From a virus (Duplodnaviria > Caudoviricetes): 34,263 nucleotides of DNA. The number at the start of each line of letters is the position of its first letter. Position 1 is the stretch's first letter. Shown here piece after piece: positions 1-9,838 of this stretch. The stretch lies in IMG/VR virus record IMGVR_UViG_3300032303_000918, positions 1-34,263 of that record; one strand, written 5' to 3'. The translations under genes and the position numbers were made by a program. The notes under the pieces are model-generated. The model was not told the DNA's origin. It searched no databases and saw only the letters and a list, made by a program, of their open reading frames with translations.

Positions 1-123
1 GTCAGTACGCTCCTCAATTCTTGCAAGTCTCTCTGCAAGCAACCCATCAAACTTGCTTTTCATTACAATCTAGTTAGGGGTAAAAGCCTAACAAAAACAT
101 CTGCCAAAAGAGAAAAAGCACTA
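1..123. repeat. Terminal direct repeat copy 1 (circular-assembly overlap)
   Basis: Bases 1-123 are identical to 34141-34263, and genes read through the junction. Confidence 0.97.
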
Positions 124-1958
124 TTCCCAACATTGAGGCTTATGGTTGCGTTACTTGGGTGAGCTTTAGCAGTAGTTCCAAGAACACCACGCAAAATTGT
201 CATTGATGAGCCATTCCCAGAACCAGTTACAAATACATTTTCAGTACCATTTGTGCTGGTAATCTTTGCATAATAGTTTGATACTGAAAATGAGCTATTG
301 CCAGTAACAGGAATTGATGAGTTTGTTGAGGTAATAGTAGAGGTGCTAGTGGCCTGTAAGTAAGTTCCAATATTGGAAAGGTTAATTTGAGGATTCATAC
401 TATTAACAAAGTTTATTACTTGCCTACCAGTTGAAGTTGTACTAGATGGAGCATTAATAGACCGATAATAGCTACCAACCAATGGTCTAGTTCCAATAGA
501 GATATCTGAAGATATGGCAGTTGTGCCAAGTGTTGAATTAGGATAAACTGCTAATGATGGTGAAGCTGAAAACAATGCTGTATTTTCAAAAATGCCAAGC
601 GTTTTTCCAGAATTGTGTGCAACATTTTGAGAAGTGCCAAGTTGCGCCCTGCCAACCGATATAGTTCTTACTCCATTGACCAAAGAACCAGCATTTAACA
701 CCAATAAATACTCATCATCAACCTTAACATAAGAGCCTACAACTGGTGCTGTATATGGGCTTCCAATAGCATTTAATTTAATATTGCGGGGATATGCTAT
801 TGGGTCGTAATTAGCCCAAATATCTTCTCCTAATGAATACACATTTGATGTACTTGGTGAGGTTGTATAGCGTGATTTTATTAAAACAGAAACATCAGCA
901 ACAATATAGTCTGTATATTGGGCTGGCTCATATCCATCCAATGGCAACAAATCTGCTGGTACAGCAGTTTGTTTTCCCAAATCGTAATTAACTGCTCGCA
1001 AAACAGCTTCTCCACCAACTTGAATTGTTCCACTTATATTGGGAAACTTTATTTTTCTATTTGCTGTTGCAGTTCCTTGAATAGTCGTTCTTTCTCCAAG
1101 TCTGCCAAGCTCAATATAGCCCTTCAATCCTGTATCTATTGCCCCACCGCCATAAGCTGTTGCAATCTTTCCACCTCCCCATGTATCAATTTGAGCGTTT
1201 ACACCTGTTCTTATGTAGCCCTTTCCATTTGAAGTATCAATAGACCCACCAGCGCCAACATCACCAGCGCAAGTAATTATATCACCTCCATCATATCCTT
1301 CATAAGCACTTGTATTAATGCTACCAGCACCAGCACCATCGCCAGAGTTAGAGCCATTCGCACCATTTTGCGTAATACTTCCAGCATTTCCACCCGCTAC
1401 TGGCCTTTCTTCATATATTGGTTCTCCAGTTTCCTCATCATTCCCAGTCAAAACCCGACCAGTAGTCCAATTGCCCCCCACTTGTGAAATATGCCCACCA
1501 GCACCACCAACGGCATCCCCACTTGCTCCGTTTTGTGTGTTAATTGAACCGCCAAGAATCTTGGGGTTTTCGTTAGGCAATAAATAACCAACGCCCAAAT
1601 CTGCCCAATACGCATTACCACCAACAGCTGGCTCAATAGAATCATTTGTAGCCAAACACCTATAAACCTTTCCATTGTGATAGACAATTGAGCCAACTAC
1701 ATACGGATTGCCAGTTGCGTTTGTGTGTCTTGTTGTCCATTGGACTCCAGCCTTAAGCCCTGCCCCAGCAACGGCAGTAGCAATTTTTGTATCAACCTCT
1801 GCGTCTAAAGAGGCTTGGTCTGGCAAATAACCAGTATCAATTTTGCCAAAGCCATTTAGGGGTACTGCTCCAATGCTTTGTGTTGTAATGGTTGTAATTC
1901 CACTACTAACTTGCTCAACTGAAGAAATCTGTACTGAAATATCTACTTCTTGGCTCAT
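63..1958 (-). CDS. Tail fibre / receptor-binding protein with CBM5/12-like and Gly-rich segments
   Basis: Last gene of the tail module. YVVGSIVYHNGKVYRC...YWADLG resembles a carbohydrate-binding module. There is a Gly-rich middle region and two C-terminal R(A/G)xLGT..AH repeats. Confidence 0.7.
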   Translation of the reverse strand: MSQEVDISVQISSVEQVSSGITTITTQSIGAVPLNGFGKIDTGYLPDQASLDAEVDTKIATAVAGAGLKAGVQWTTRHTNATGNPYVVGSIVYHNGKVYRCLATNDSIEPAVGGNAYWADLGVGYLLPNENPKILGGSINTQNGASGDAVGGAGGHISQVGGNWTTGRVLTGNDEETGEPIYEERPVAGGNAGSITQNGANGSNSGDGAGAGSINTSAYEGYDGGDIITCAGDVGAGGSIDTSNGKGYIRTGVNAQIDTWGGGKIATAYGGGAIDTGLKGYIELGRLGERTTIQGTATANRKIKFPNISGTIQVGGEAVLRAVNYDLGKQTAVPADLLPLDGYEPAQYTDYIVADVSVLIKSRYTTSPSTSNVYSLGEDIWANYDPIAYPRNIKLNAIGSPYTAPVVGSYVKVDDEYLLVLNAGSLVNGVRTISVGRAQLGTSQNVAHNSGKTLGIFENTALFSASPSLAVYPNSTLGTTAISSDISIGTRPLVGSYYRSINAPSSTTSTGRQVINFVNSMNPQINLSNIGTYLQATSTSTITSTNSSIPVTGNSSFSVSNYYAKITSTNGTENVFVTGSGNGSSMTILRGVLGTTAKAHPSNATISLNVGNSAFSLLADVFVRLLPLTRL

Positions 1959-2290
1959 ACAGAAGAAACGGCTGGAATTGTGGTAACCTTTCCATAAGCC
2001 AACTTTGAAATATCACCAGAAGCATTATCCTTTAGAAGAACATCGTATACACCGCTAGTTGGTAAAGCTCTGGTTGTTTCACCACCAAGCTCAAGCCTCG
2101 CCGTACCAGCAGAGGCATTGGTTACAATCGTTGTAAAAGTAGCTGAAGTAGACCTAGATGTATATTCAGACTTAATTTGCCCAACAATTGTTTTTCCTGT
2201 TAGATTTACAGGAGTTGTACCTTGTTTAATTGTAAAGTTAAAGGCAAAGTCAGCCCCACCATCTATATTAATATCAAGGTTGGTAGCCAT
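1955..2290 (-). CDS. BppU-N-like baseplate/tail fibre adaptor protein
   Basis: Pattern I.GGADF.F.F...PVNLTG.T..GQIK...L.L....T..LP..GVYDV is typical of this phage family, and the gene lies next to the fibre gene. Confidence 0.6.
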   Translation of the reverse strand: MATNLDINIDGGADFAFNFTIKQGTTPVNLTGKTIVGQIKSEYTSRSTSATFTTIVTNASAGTARLELGGETTRALPTSGVYDVLLKDNASGDISKLAYGKVTTIPAVSSV

Positions 2291-2305
2291 ATCACATAAA
2301 TAGTG

Positions 2306-2575
2306 TCAAACTGCGCCGTTAGTTTGGATTGCTTGCCACTTATCAATTGGGCAACTGGCAACCGCCATTTTTGCTTTAAGCGTCATAAAACAACCGCACT
2401 TTCCGCACCTTTTGCTGGATTGGTTAAAGTGTTCGCAACCTTCACATAGAGCCATTCTTTCTTGGTATTTGTCAGCCTCAATGGTTTTTGCCCCAGAGGA
2501 AGCAAAGGCACTCATATCTTTGACAAATGAAGCAACTTGACCTCCTCCAGTTTTAAGTAAGTTTTTCCAACTCAT
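2306..2575 (-). CDS. Small Cys-rich protein (DUF6171-like)
   Basis: ERMALCEGC...RCGKCGCFM..KAKM..ASCP..KW motif. Confidence 0.65.
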   Translation of the reverse strand: MSWKNLLKTGGGQVASFVKDMSAFASSGAKTIEADKYQERMALCEGCEHFNQSSKRCGKCGCFMTLKAKMAVASCPIDKWQAIQTNGAV

Positions 2576-2578
2576 AAT

Positions 2579-4450
2579 TTATTGTTCCTGTGGTGGGTTT
2601 GGCTCTGATACCTTGGATATAAAAGAAGATGCTGAACAGATTAGCTTTGTTGGAACATCCCTTGGTGGTACATGTATGTATATCTTTACAATCTCAACAT
2701 CTTGAAGTGGTATTTCACGCTTAAATGGCATAGACCTAGCATTCTCTGGTACAAATATCTCATCTTGGGTTGGGTATAAGCTCACACTATCTTGCATATA
2801 TAATTGAGAAGGAAGGTCACTTGGCTTTGTTACGCTCATATTGTTTTGAAGGTTATGCCAAATATGCCCATAAGGGTTTCCATCAAGTGAATTTCGTTTG
2901 AAAAGTGAGTCGTTGTTAAAATTAAAGGTTGCATCGTTTTGGCCTTCTCCTTCGTTAAGATACCCCCCTGTGTGATATACAAAATAGACCTTGGATGCTG
3001 GGTTATTTGCGCCCTCTGCCTGTTGCCATTCCTCCACAAACAATGTGCTTAATTTGTTATCCAATATCTTTTCGGTCAGAATGTGAGTATAGAGCTTTCT
3101 GGTTTTTGTGCTTGGTGGAAGAGTATGTGTAAAATTAAACGCAAACTTGTTCCTTATTCCATCAATCTTGCGTCCGTTATGACCAGCACTTGGTGTAATT
3201 ACTCTTGGTTGTGCGTCATCGCCATATTGAAGGCCAGATGGTGACCAAGCCTCTCTAGCAAAGGCAATTTTAGGCTCGTTATATGTATCAAGGGACTTGC
3301 AAGTTAATGCGCTGGCATCTGCTGTTTGACCAAAGCTTTGCCAATCCCCTGCCCTTATATCATCCTGTGTTGGCATTGTTGCCCCGCCAACAAGCGTAAA
3401 GAATCCATTGTTATTATGTATATACTTCGTGCTAGTCCATCCAGCCCTTCTAATTGTTGCCCCCTTATACAGATTAAGAAGGGCTTTCCCAAGTGGGCTT
3501 GGGTTTGGCAGGGTATCGCTAAAAGAAGTGTATAAGACTATGCCAGAAGGTTGTGCATCAAATCCACCTTCATAGGTTGTTGTTGCGTTAAGCGTTTCAC
3601 CAGAGTCCTTAACATCTATAACAAGAGCAAACTCACTATCAGAACATGTAACATCTGGTGGTAAATAGTATTGGTAACCAGCTATCGTCAGTGTTTCAGT
3701 AAAACATTGTGTCTTGTTAATTATCTTTGTTTCTGTCCAGCTTGCCAAGGTAGGCTTTGGAATTGTTGCACAAAATGGCCCTCTTGGCCCACCATCACCT
3801 CCATTATTAAGGTTAGCTGTTAAAAACTGCTCCTCTCTTGCTTCAGATAAAATTGGTGTGCCATCAGAGTTGTAACCCAAAACCTTTTGTGGAACATAAA
3901 ATACAGCTTCAAAAATTGCCCTATCGCAAGAATGATTACAACAATCATAATAAATACAAAATTCAGCGGTATTCCCCTCGCAAGCCTGTTGATTTGTCCA
4001 ATTTGTCCAATCTTGCGGGGTGCAATTTGGGCAAGCTGAACTAGAGCCACAACAAGGTGGCAAGCCACTAGGTGGGGCTGGAAGGGTTGGATTGTGTCTA
4101 GTATATGACGAAGCAACACCCCCATGACATCCAGTTGAATTAGAAGAACTACACCGAATGTTTACGCTACCAGTAAGACATAGTTTTTTCTCTATGCTTT
4201 TTGTCTCTTGTGTTGTTTTGCATTTAGTTATTGTTCTTGTGCTTGCTGGTACTTTTACCAATCCACCACCAGAGGTATAGCAATTAACTTTTGTTCGCCA
4301 AAAACTTACATATCTACCCTTGGGAGAAACAAGATTTGCAGAAGTATTAAAATGAATCCCGCTAGAATCGGTATAATAGCTCCAGCCTCTTGGTATTCTG
4401 CCCCCTGTTTTGTATGAATAAGGGGTTAAGCTGTTAAATACGCTTAACAT
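2579..4450 (-). CDS. Cys-rich tail/virion protein, function unknown
   Basis: 623-aa ORF in the tail module, translationally coupled to its neighbours, with 17 Cys between residues 57 and 269. Confidence 0.6.
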   Translation of the reverse strand: MLSVFNSLTPYSYKTGGRIPRGWSYYTDSSGIHFNTSANLVSPKGRYVSFWRTKVNCYTSGGGLVKVPASTRTITKCKTTQETKSIEKKLCLTGSVNIRCSSSNSTGCHGGVASSYTRHNPTLPAPPSGLPPCCGSSSACPNCTPQDWTNWTNQQACEGNTAEFCIYYDCCNHSCDRAIFEAVFYVPQKVLGYNSDGTPILSEAREEQFLTANLNNGGDGGPRGPFCATIPKPTLASWTETKIINKTQCFTETLTIAGYQYYLPPDVTCSDSEFALVIDVKDSGETLNATTTYEGGFDAQPSGIVLYTSFSDTLPNPSPLGKALLNLYKGATIRRAGWTSTKYIHNNNGFFTLVGGATMPTQDDIRAGDWQSFGQTADASALTCKSLDTYNEPKIAFAREAWSPSGLQYGDDAQPRVITPSAGHNGRKIDGIRNKFAFNFTHTLPPSTKTRKLYTHILTEKILDNKLSTLFVEEWQQAEGANNPASKVYFVYHTGGYLNEGEGQNDATFNFNNDSLFKRNSLDGNPYGHIWHNLQNNMSVTKPSDLPSQLYMQDSVSLYPTQDEIFVPENARSMPFKREIPLQDVEIVKIYIHVPPRDVPTKLICSASSFISKVSEPNPPQEQ

Positions 4451-5190
4451 TACACAACAATTTCTTTGTATACCCTAAAAGTGAATGTTTCCGTTGTGAA
4501 AGTGCTTGCACTTGCGCCAGAGCTTGAATTGGATGGAAGTACCATTTCAAACTCTCCAGATACATCAATATATTCTGCCTCTGCCTCAAGGTCTGAAGCT
4601 AGTTGGTGTGAATTAAGTGGGGCATAGACATAGTATTTGGCAACATAACCAGTACCATCAAAGATTGTTTCTTGGGCAAATGCGGTTACATCAGATTGGA
4701 GGTATTGAGTCCCATCAGCACTTCTTAAAGCAAACTGAATCATTGATGGCTTTGGCATACAAGTTGCCTGTGAGCTAACTAATGTTATCTCCCAGCTTAA
4801 ATCATCGTTGTACTTGGCAAAGCCCTTTACGGCGGTTGTGCCTGTGCCGATTGGATTGCCAAGCGTTACCGCCAGAGTATCAAGGTTGATTAGTGCCGTT
4901 CTATGGTGAGTGTCGCACCTAACATTGTGAAAGCCAAAGTCAAAACCAACTTCACTAGAAGCACCATTGGCATTCTCTGCGGTAAAGTGAAGCTTGTAGC
5001 AACCCGCCGAAGATGAGCTACCAAACAATGTGCCGTTGGTTGTATCGAAAAAGACTCCCGCTGGCAGGGTGTCGGTATTAGCTAGATTCCACTCCGTAGG
5101 GGTATTTGTAGCTCCAAGCTGGACTACAAAACTTTCTCCTACCGCAAATACATTCTTGAGAATTGTTGGGCTAATTACTGGAACTGGCAT
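4450..5190 (-). CDS. Tail protein with N-terminal Ig-like (He_PIG-type) domain
   Basis: ATNTPTEW...LPAGVFFDTTNGTLFGS...G.Y......AENANG matches the putative Ig domain pattern. Confidence 0.65.
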   Translation of the reverse strand: MPVPVISPTILKNVFAVGESFVVQLGATNTPTEWNLANTDTLPAGVFFDTTNGTLFGSSSSAGCYKLHFTAENANGASSEVGFDFGFHNVRCDTHHRTALINLDTLAVTLGNPIGTGTTAVKGFAKYNDDLSWEITLVSSQATCMPKPSMIQFALRSADGTQYLQSDVTAFAQETIFDGTGYVAKYYVYAPLNSHQLASDLEAEAEYIDVSGEFEMVLPSNSSSGASASTFTTETFTFRVYKEIVV

Positions 5191-5211
5191 ATTGGTTTTC
5201 TTTCTTTGTTA

Positions 5212-7638
5212 TTAGGACTCTGTCAAAATCTCAATTTTCATAGTCTCGCCAGATGGAGTTGTTTCGCCCTCTGCAAGCTCTGGTAAGAGTCTGTATCCAA
5301 GTAGTCCAGTAGGCTTTTCAATATCCTCGCAATCAAAGTATTTTAATACTGCTCTTATGGCAAAGTTGCCATTTGCTGGTTTATTGTTGCCAACACCCTG
5401 CCAGATTCCGTAAACATTCTTGTCACCAAAGATGCTGAATAAGTCTCTTCCAATCCTAACACCAAAAACGCCAATGTTTGGAGTATTCGCAAAAAACAAC
5501 TTCTGCTCAAGAATAGTTGTATTGTAATTTACATTTTCCAGATTTGGGCCAAGACCGCTTAAGCTTGATGGGTTGTACTCACCAGCCTCAACAACTATGA
5601 AACATTGGGCAAGAGCATTGGCGTTATAGCCTTGAGTCTGAACTGAAAACATGGCCTTAAGTAGCCTATTTACCGCAAGAATATCTGTATTACAGGCAAA
5701 GCTCCAAAGTGTGCGAACATAAGCAGAAGGATAATATGAGTTAGTGCCAGTTTTGTTATAGACTTGATACCAGTTAGTCCCATCAGACGCACATAGCTCA
5801 TTGGGTAGAAGCTTTTGTCCTTTAACCCAATGTGCGCTAGGCAAAGTAATTGTAGAAGTTGTTTCGTTTCTAAAGACTCCAATATTGCTCCTTGGATTAG
5901 AAACAATCGTTGGAGTCAATGGAGAAACAACCGCATCATGTATTGCCCGAAGCATAGCAATTGGTTTTGTAATCTTAACTGCCTCTGTGTTCTTAAATCC
6001 TGTACCTGTATTGAAAAGGGCTGTATAATCAAACAAAGTTCCATCAGCTTTTTTATCTGCGACACCATAAACTCCAACTGAAATTGGTGGAATTGCTTGA
6101 AAAGCTGTCTTGGTTGTTCTTACTGCAACTCTTTCAGCCTGTGGCAAAATAGTTTCTAGCTCTGAAACCCTGTCATCAATAGTATCTAAAAACTCTTGTA
6201 AGCCTTGAATGTCATTTGCGTTATGGGTGTGCGCCAAGAAAGCTGAATTTGGGCCAGCCGAAGTTACAACAATTGCAACCTCATCGTTATTAACAGCATC
6301 ATCAAGCCTAATTTCAACCACATTTGCTGAAACAATCTTTGCATTATAGTCATTTCCATTAAGTAAAACTTTTCCGTTAGATTTGTTTTCTCTTAATGTA
6401 ATATGAACTGCATCAGTTTGTAGGTTATGATTAACTTGATAAGTTGTTTGTGGGTTTTGCTGGTCTGGAACAAACAAAGTTCCTACATAGTGTTGTGAGC
6501 CTGTAATTACTTGGTCACGGCTGAATGGGATATAGCTTTTTGGCTCTGGCGGGATAGTCCAATCAATTCTTTGCTGTGTTGTAAGAGCGTTCCAAACCCC
6601 ATCGTTATATACCCTTACATCTTTCCTAAATAGGGTGTATGGCCTATGCACATTTGGCTGGTCTTTATCATCTACAATATCAACCTCAAGCTGAAGCTCT
6701 GCCTCTATGAAGCTCTTGCCCTCATCCTTTGCGCTATTGAGAGCATCCTTAAGTTGTAGCGAGCTTAAGCCCAAAAATAGGCTTATATCGCCCTGTGGCG
6801 CACTTTTTGCAACTGCCTGTAATAATGGTTGGTCACTATAACCCATAGAACCCTTAAACTCAATTTGCGCCCTATATGAGTCTGGATTTGATACAGAGAA
6901 GTTTCCACCAGCTTGGGCAATTGTATTTAAGGCATCTTGAATTTCAGTAACACCATCTTGCGTATTTAATATTGGGCTTTCAGCGTTCCCCCTCTTAAGG
7001 GCAAATGTACCTCTAAACTCCGCTGGAATGTATAGCTCTTGAATTTCGTTTTGCCCAATTCCTGTAACATTATCATAAGCACCATCTCTTACCGCATATA
7101 CTTGTGGCCTTGGGGGTAGCTTAAGAGAAAAAGAATCAGTAAAGGCCAATGGGGTAGTAATAAAACGGATATGCTGAAAGAGTGTCGTTCCAATAGTATA
7201 AATGGATGGCCTAAAGAAGCTTTCTGGAGTCAGCCTTGATTGTGCGATTGTGATTGAATCGTTGGCTTGTGTGCCATTATCAATTTCAACAAGGTATCCA
7301 CCAGACTTGTATGAAACTCTGGCTAGTGGCTTAATCTTCTTAAGCTCTGTTTCAAACACATTTTGGTCTACATCGTATGGCATCGTTGCGGTAGTCTCCC
7401 CATTAAGGGTCAGACTGAAGAACCCGCCAGTTGGCGTAGAATTGGCGTTTGACAAAGAAAGCCTCGCTCCAGCCAAGGTAAGGTCTTGCTCAATGGCAGT
7501 ACCATTAACAATGGCAAATGTACGAAGCTTTAGAAGGATTGTATCACCAGCCGTTAGGCTTGGTAATGTGTATGTACCGCCAGTTAAAGAGGTTTGTAAC
7601 TCCCCATTAGCGATGTTGCAGTACATCAAGCTATTCAT
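5212..7638 (-). CDS. Large tail/baseplate structural protein
   Basis: 808 aa in the tail module, beta-rich, with GGFFSLTLNGETTA.MPYD and HTH..DI.GL motifs seen in phage tail proteins. Confidence 0.6.
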   Translation of the reverse strand: MNSLMYCNIANGELQTSLTGGTYTLPSLTAGDTILLKLRTFAIVNGTAIEQDLTLAGARLSLSNANSTPTGGFFSLTLNGETTATMPYDVDQNVFETELKKIKPLARVSYKSGGYLVEIDNGTQANDSITIAQSRLTPESFFRPSIYTIGTTLFQHIRFITTPLAFTDSFSLKLPPRPQVYAVRDGAYDNVTGIGQNEIQELYIPAEFRGTFALKRGNAESPILNTQDGVTEIQDALNTIAQAGGNFSVSNPDSYRAQIEFKGSMGYSDQPLLQAVAKSAPQGDISLFLGLSSLQLKDALNSAKDEGKSFIEAELQLEVDIVDDKDQPNVHRPYTLFRKDVRVYNDGVWNALTTQQRIDWTIPPEPKSYIPFSRDQVITGSQHYVGTLFVPDQQNPQTTYQVNHNLQTDAVHITLRENKSNGKVLLNGNDYNAKIVSANVVEIRLDDAVNNDEVAIVVTSAGPNSAFLAHTHNANDIQGLQEFLDTIDDRVSELETILPQAERVAVRTTKTAFQAIPPISVGVYGVADKKADGTLFDYTALFNTGTGFKNTEAVKITKPIAMLRAIHDAVVSPLTPTIVSNPRSNIGVFRNETTSTITLPSAHWVKGQKLLPNELCASDGTNWYQVYNKTGTNSYYPSAYVRTLWSFACNTDILAVNRLLKAMFSVQTQGYNANALAQCFIVVEAGEYNPSSLSGLGPNLENVNYNTTILEQKLFFANTPNIGVFGVRIGRDLFSIFGDKNVYGIWQGVGNNKPANGNFAIRAVLKYFDCEDIEKPTGLLGYRLLPELAEGETTPSGETMKIEILTES

Positions 7639-7913
7639 TAACTACCTACTCCTGTCAAAGACTCCCCCTGCTCACAAACAACTAGATAATGTATGCCAAC
7701 ATTCTCCTTCTTTTTGACCATAAATGGCAATCTGTCCCTCCAAATCTTGTCTCCAACGCTTATCTGTTCTGCCAATGCGTCCCATGGCATCATTCCAAAA
7801 ATCCCATTCCTAATGTTTGAGCAGTAGACCTTGTGAACCTTGCCAGAAATCGTTAAGTGACTTCCAGCAAGTTTCGCCAAGCTAACTAGCTCCCCATCAA
7901 ATGATGGTGTCAT
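7638..7913 (-). CDS. Hypothetical protein (tail module)
   Basis: Overlaps neighbouring ORFs in the same orientation. Confidence 0.5.
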   Translation of the reverse strand: MTPSFDGELVSLAKLAGSHLTISGKVHKVYCSNIRNGIFGMMPWDALAEQISVGDKIWRDRLPFMVKKKENVGIHYLVVCEQGESLTGVGS

Positions 7914-8124
7914 CTAGTCCACCAATATAATTTTGTAGCTCTTGAGGTTCTGCTGGTAGTGCGCTCCAAGGGTATCTTGGAGAAATGCGCCCATACCGCA
8001 CATTCTGCTCCCTACGCTTCTTGATGATGGCAAGCCATTCCTTCTTATTAAGCCCTGCTGGTAGGCCATCCATGGCCTTTCGTACAGCTATTAGGCTCTT
8101 AACTGCGCTAATCCAAGAAAACAT
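7897..8124 (-). CDS. Hypothetical protein (tail module)
   Basis: Tightly packed co-oriented ORF. Confidence 0.5.
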   Translation of the reverse strand: MFSWISAVKSLIAVRKAMDGLPAGLNKKEWLAIIKKRREQNVRYGRISPRYPWSALPAEPQELQNYIGGLDDTII

Positions 8125-8126
8125 AA

Positions 8127-9221
8127 CTAGATTGTCAGAAACTTGCCTTTTCTTTTTTCAAGTTGGGCTAGAATATTCATTACTAATTGTGTTGTGTCAT
8201 TTACTATGGTTAGAAGGGAATTAAATATTTGGTCTGCTATTCCGTTTAATAGTCCTGTACTCATTCTTATTGGATTAATAGACCTAGCCTTGGGAAGCTC
8301 TGGTACTAAATATCTGACATTCCAACTTAAGGATTGCTTCTTAAATATTCTGTACGAAGGGGATGGATAAGTAGTATACAACTCTGTGCCAGCATCAATT
8401 GGGGGGCTTACCGCATATATTTCACAAATCAAAAGTCTGTCCCAAGCCTCAAGATTTACCCCCAAAAGAACTTCTGCCAAGCTTCTAGCTGAAGATGATG
8501 GCTTAAATTTTTCGCTAACAATCCTTATCTTGCCCTTACCAAGCTGGCCGTTTGGTGGGATTTTGGGCATAAGGCTAAATACCGCTGTTGTTGCCTCAAC
8601 AAATGGGTTGGCTACTTGTATCTCTGCCTCCGTGTACCACCTATCACAATGAAGTGCTATTGACATAGCAAACAACTTTCTTCCCTCGTCTACATAGGTG
8701 CTGTTTTGTCCTCTAGCTGGAGTTACCCCAAGTGCTAGAAATGCTTCTGGCACTTGTTCGGTATGAATACCCACAGCCTTATTAATCTCATCTGGTAGGC
8801 TTCCATCTGGAAATGAGCTTTCACCTATTGGCCTCCATGTGCCATCTTCAATAATAAGCGTTGGTCTAAACGAAAGTCCTATTTCAACCATTTCTTCTGG
8901 TGTTTTGTTCATCTGCTTCTTGTCTGTCTTTATGTAGTCCTTGGCCTTATCTGAAAGATATTTGAATTTGGTAAATACCTTGCATTCATCTGCGTTACAA
9001 AAGCCTGTGTTAATCTTAACAAATAACTTGTTCTTTTCTGGCGTTGATGGGTCAAATTGTATCTTGTTTCCAGAAAACTTGTTTGGGTCTACAAAGCCAT
9101 GCGTTACTTGAAATGGGTGTTGTGGAGATGGATTTTCAAACTCAAGAGAGGTAACCTTTGAGCCTTCATAAGATTGAACAATCTCATTAAAGACCTCTTT
9201 TCTTATTTTCTTTCTTACCAT
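8127..9221 (-). CDS. Putative tail structural protein
   Basis: 364-aa coupled ORF downstream of the tape measure gene. Confidence 0.5.
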   Translation of the reverse strand: MVRKKIRKEVFNEIVQSYEGSKVTSLEFENPSPQHPFQVTHGFVDPNKFSGNKIQFDPSTPEKNKLFVKINTGFCNADECKVFTKFKYLSDKAKDYIKTDKKQMNKTPEEMVEIGLSFRPTLIIEDGTWRPIGESSFPDGSLPDEINKAVGIHTEQVPEAFLALGVTPARGQNSTYVDEGRKLFAMSIALHCDRWYTEAEIQVANPFVEATTAVFSLMPKIPPNGQLGKGKIRIVSEKFKPSSSARSLAEVLLGVNLEAWDRLLICEIYAVSPPIDAGTELYTTYPSPSYRIFKKQSLSWNVRYLVPELPKARSINPIRMSTGLLNGIADQIFNSLLTIVNDTTQLVMNILAQLEKRKGKFLTI

Positions 9222-9838
9222 TAGATTGCGTAAAAGAAGTGCCTTCTTTTTGCTCCCTGCTCTACCACCCTATACATAAGGGAATGTGTGGTATTTTGAG
9301 TAATTCCTGTGTAGAAGCCCTTTTTGTCCCTATTAACTATTGCAATTGGTATCATTCCCTCTTCTGGTTTTGTCTCAACTGAACCAGCGTAATACATTGT
9401 TCCCAATGTAGTTGAGTATTCTATTTCAGCCGTTTCAATTGGGTAATCTGTTCCACTCTTTTTGACCTTCACTCTAACCACAACATATCCACCATTAGTT
9501 GGGCTTCCGTTTTGGGGTATTTGAAGAAGCGGTACTTTGCCTGTGCTTTCATCCCCTGTAATTGGAATGCTTTTTATTGTGGGTATTTTGCTGTTAATTG
9601 TACCACCAGCGACCTTTACAAATACTCCAGACTTATCATATTTAACAACTGAAACTAACAATGGCCTTGGGTACATGTCCCTTCTGTTATTTACTACAAT
9701 CTGTGAGCCAGAGGAGTTGCTACCACCCCTAACCATATCTGCGCCAATCTTTGTTGGCAATCTGCTCATCTGTCTTGCTAGTTCGTTGAACTTTGCAAGA
9801 ACACTATCCCCCTTTCTAGCTGGGGCTACATCTCCCAT
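9221..9838 (-). CDS. Putative tail structural protein
   Basis: Coupled ORF (TAATG overlaps) in the tail module. Confidence 0.5.
   Translation of the reverse strand: MGDVAPARKGDSVLAKFNELARQMSRLPTKIGADMVRGGSNSSGSQIVVNNRRDMYPRPLLVSVVKYDKSGVFVKVAGGTINSKIPTIKSIPITGDESTGKVPLLQIPQNGSPTNGGYVVVRVKVKKSGTDYPIETAEIEYSTTLGTMYYAGSVETKPEEGMIPIAIVNRDKKGFYTGITQNTTHSLMYRVVEQGAKRRHFFYAI

Noticed and set aside
63-4450. Diversity-generating retroelement targeting tail fibres
   Set aside because: No reverse transcriptase ORF and no TR/VR repeat pair were seen.
8125-8138. CTGACA before 8124 (and GGGACA before 10554) as late-motif copies
   Set aside because: The hexamers are mismatched and the spacing (8 and 11 nt) is outside the 13-15 nt range.
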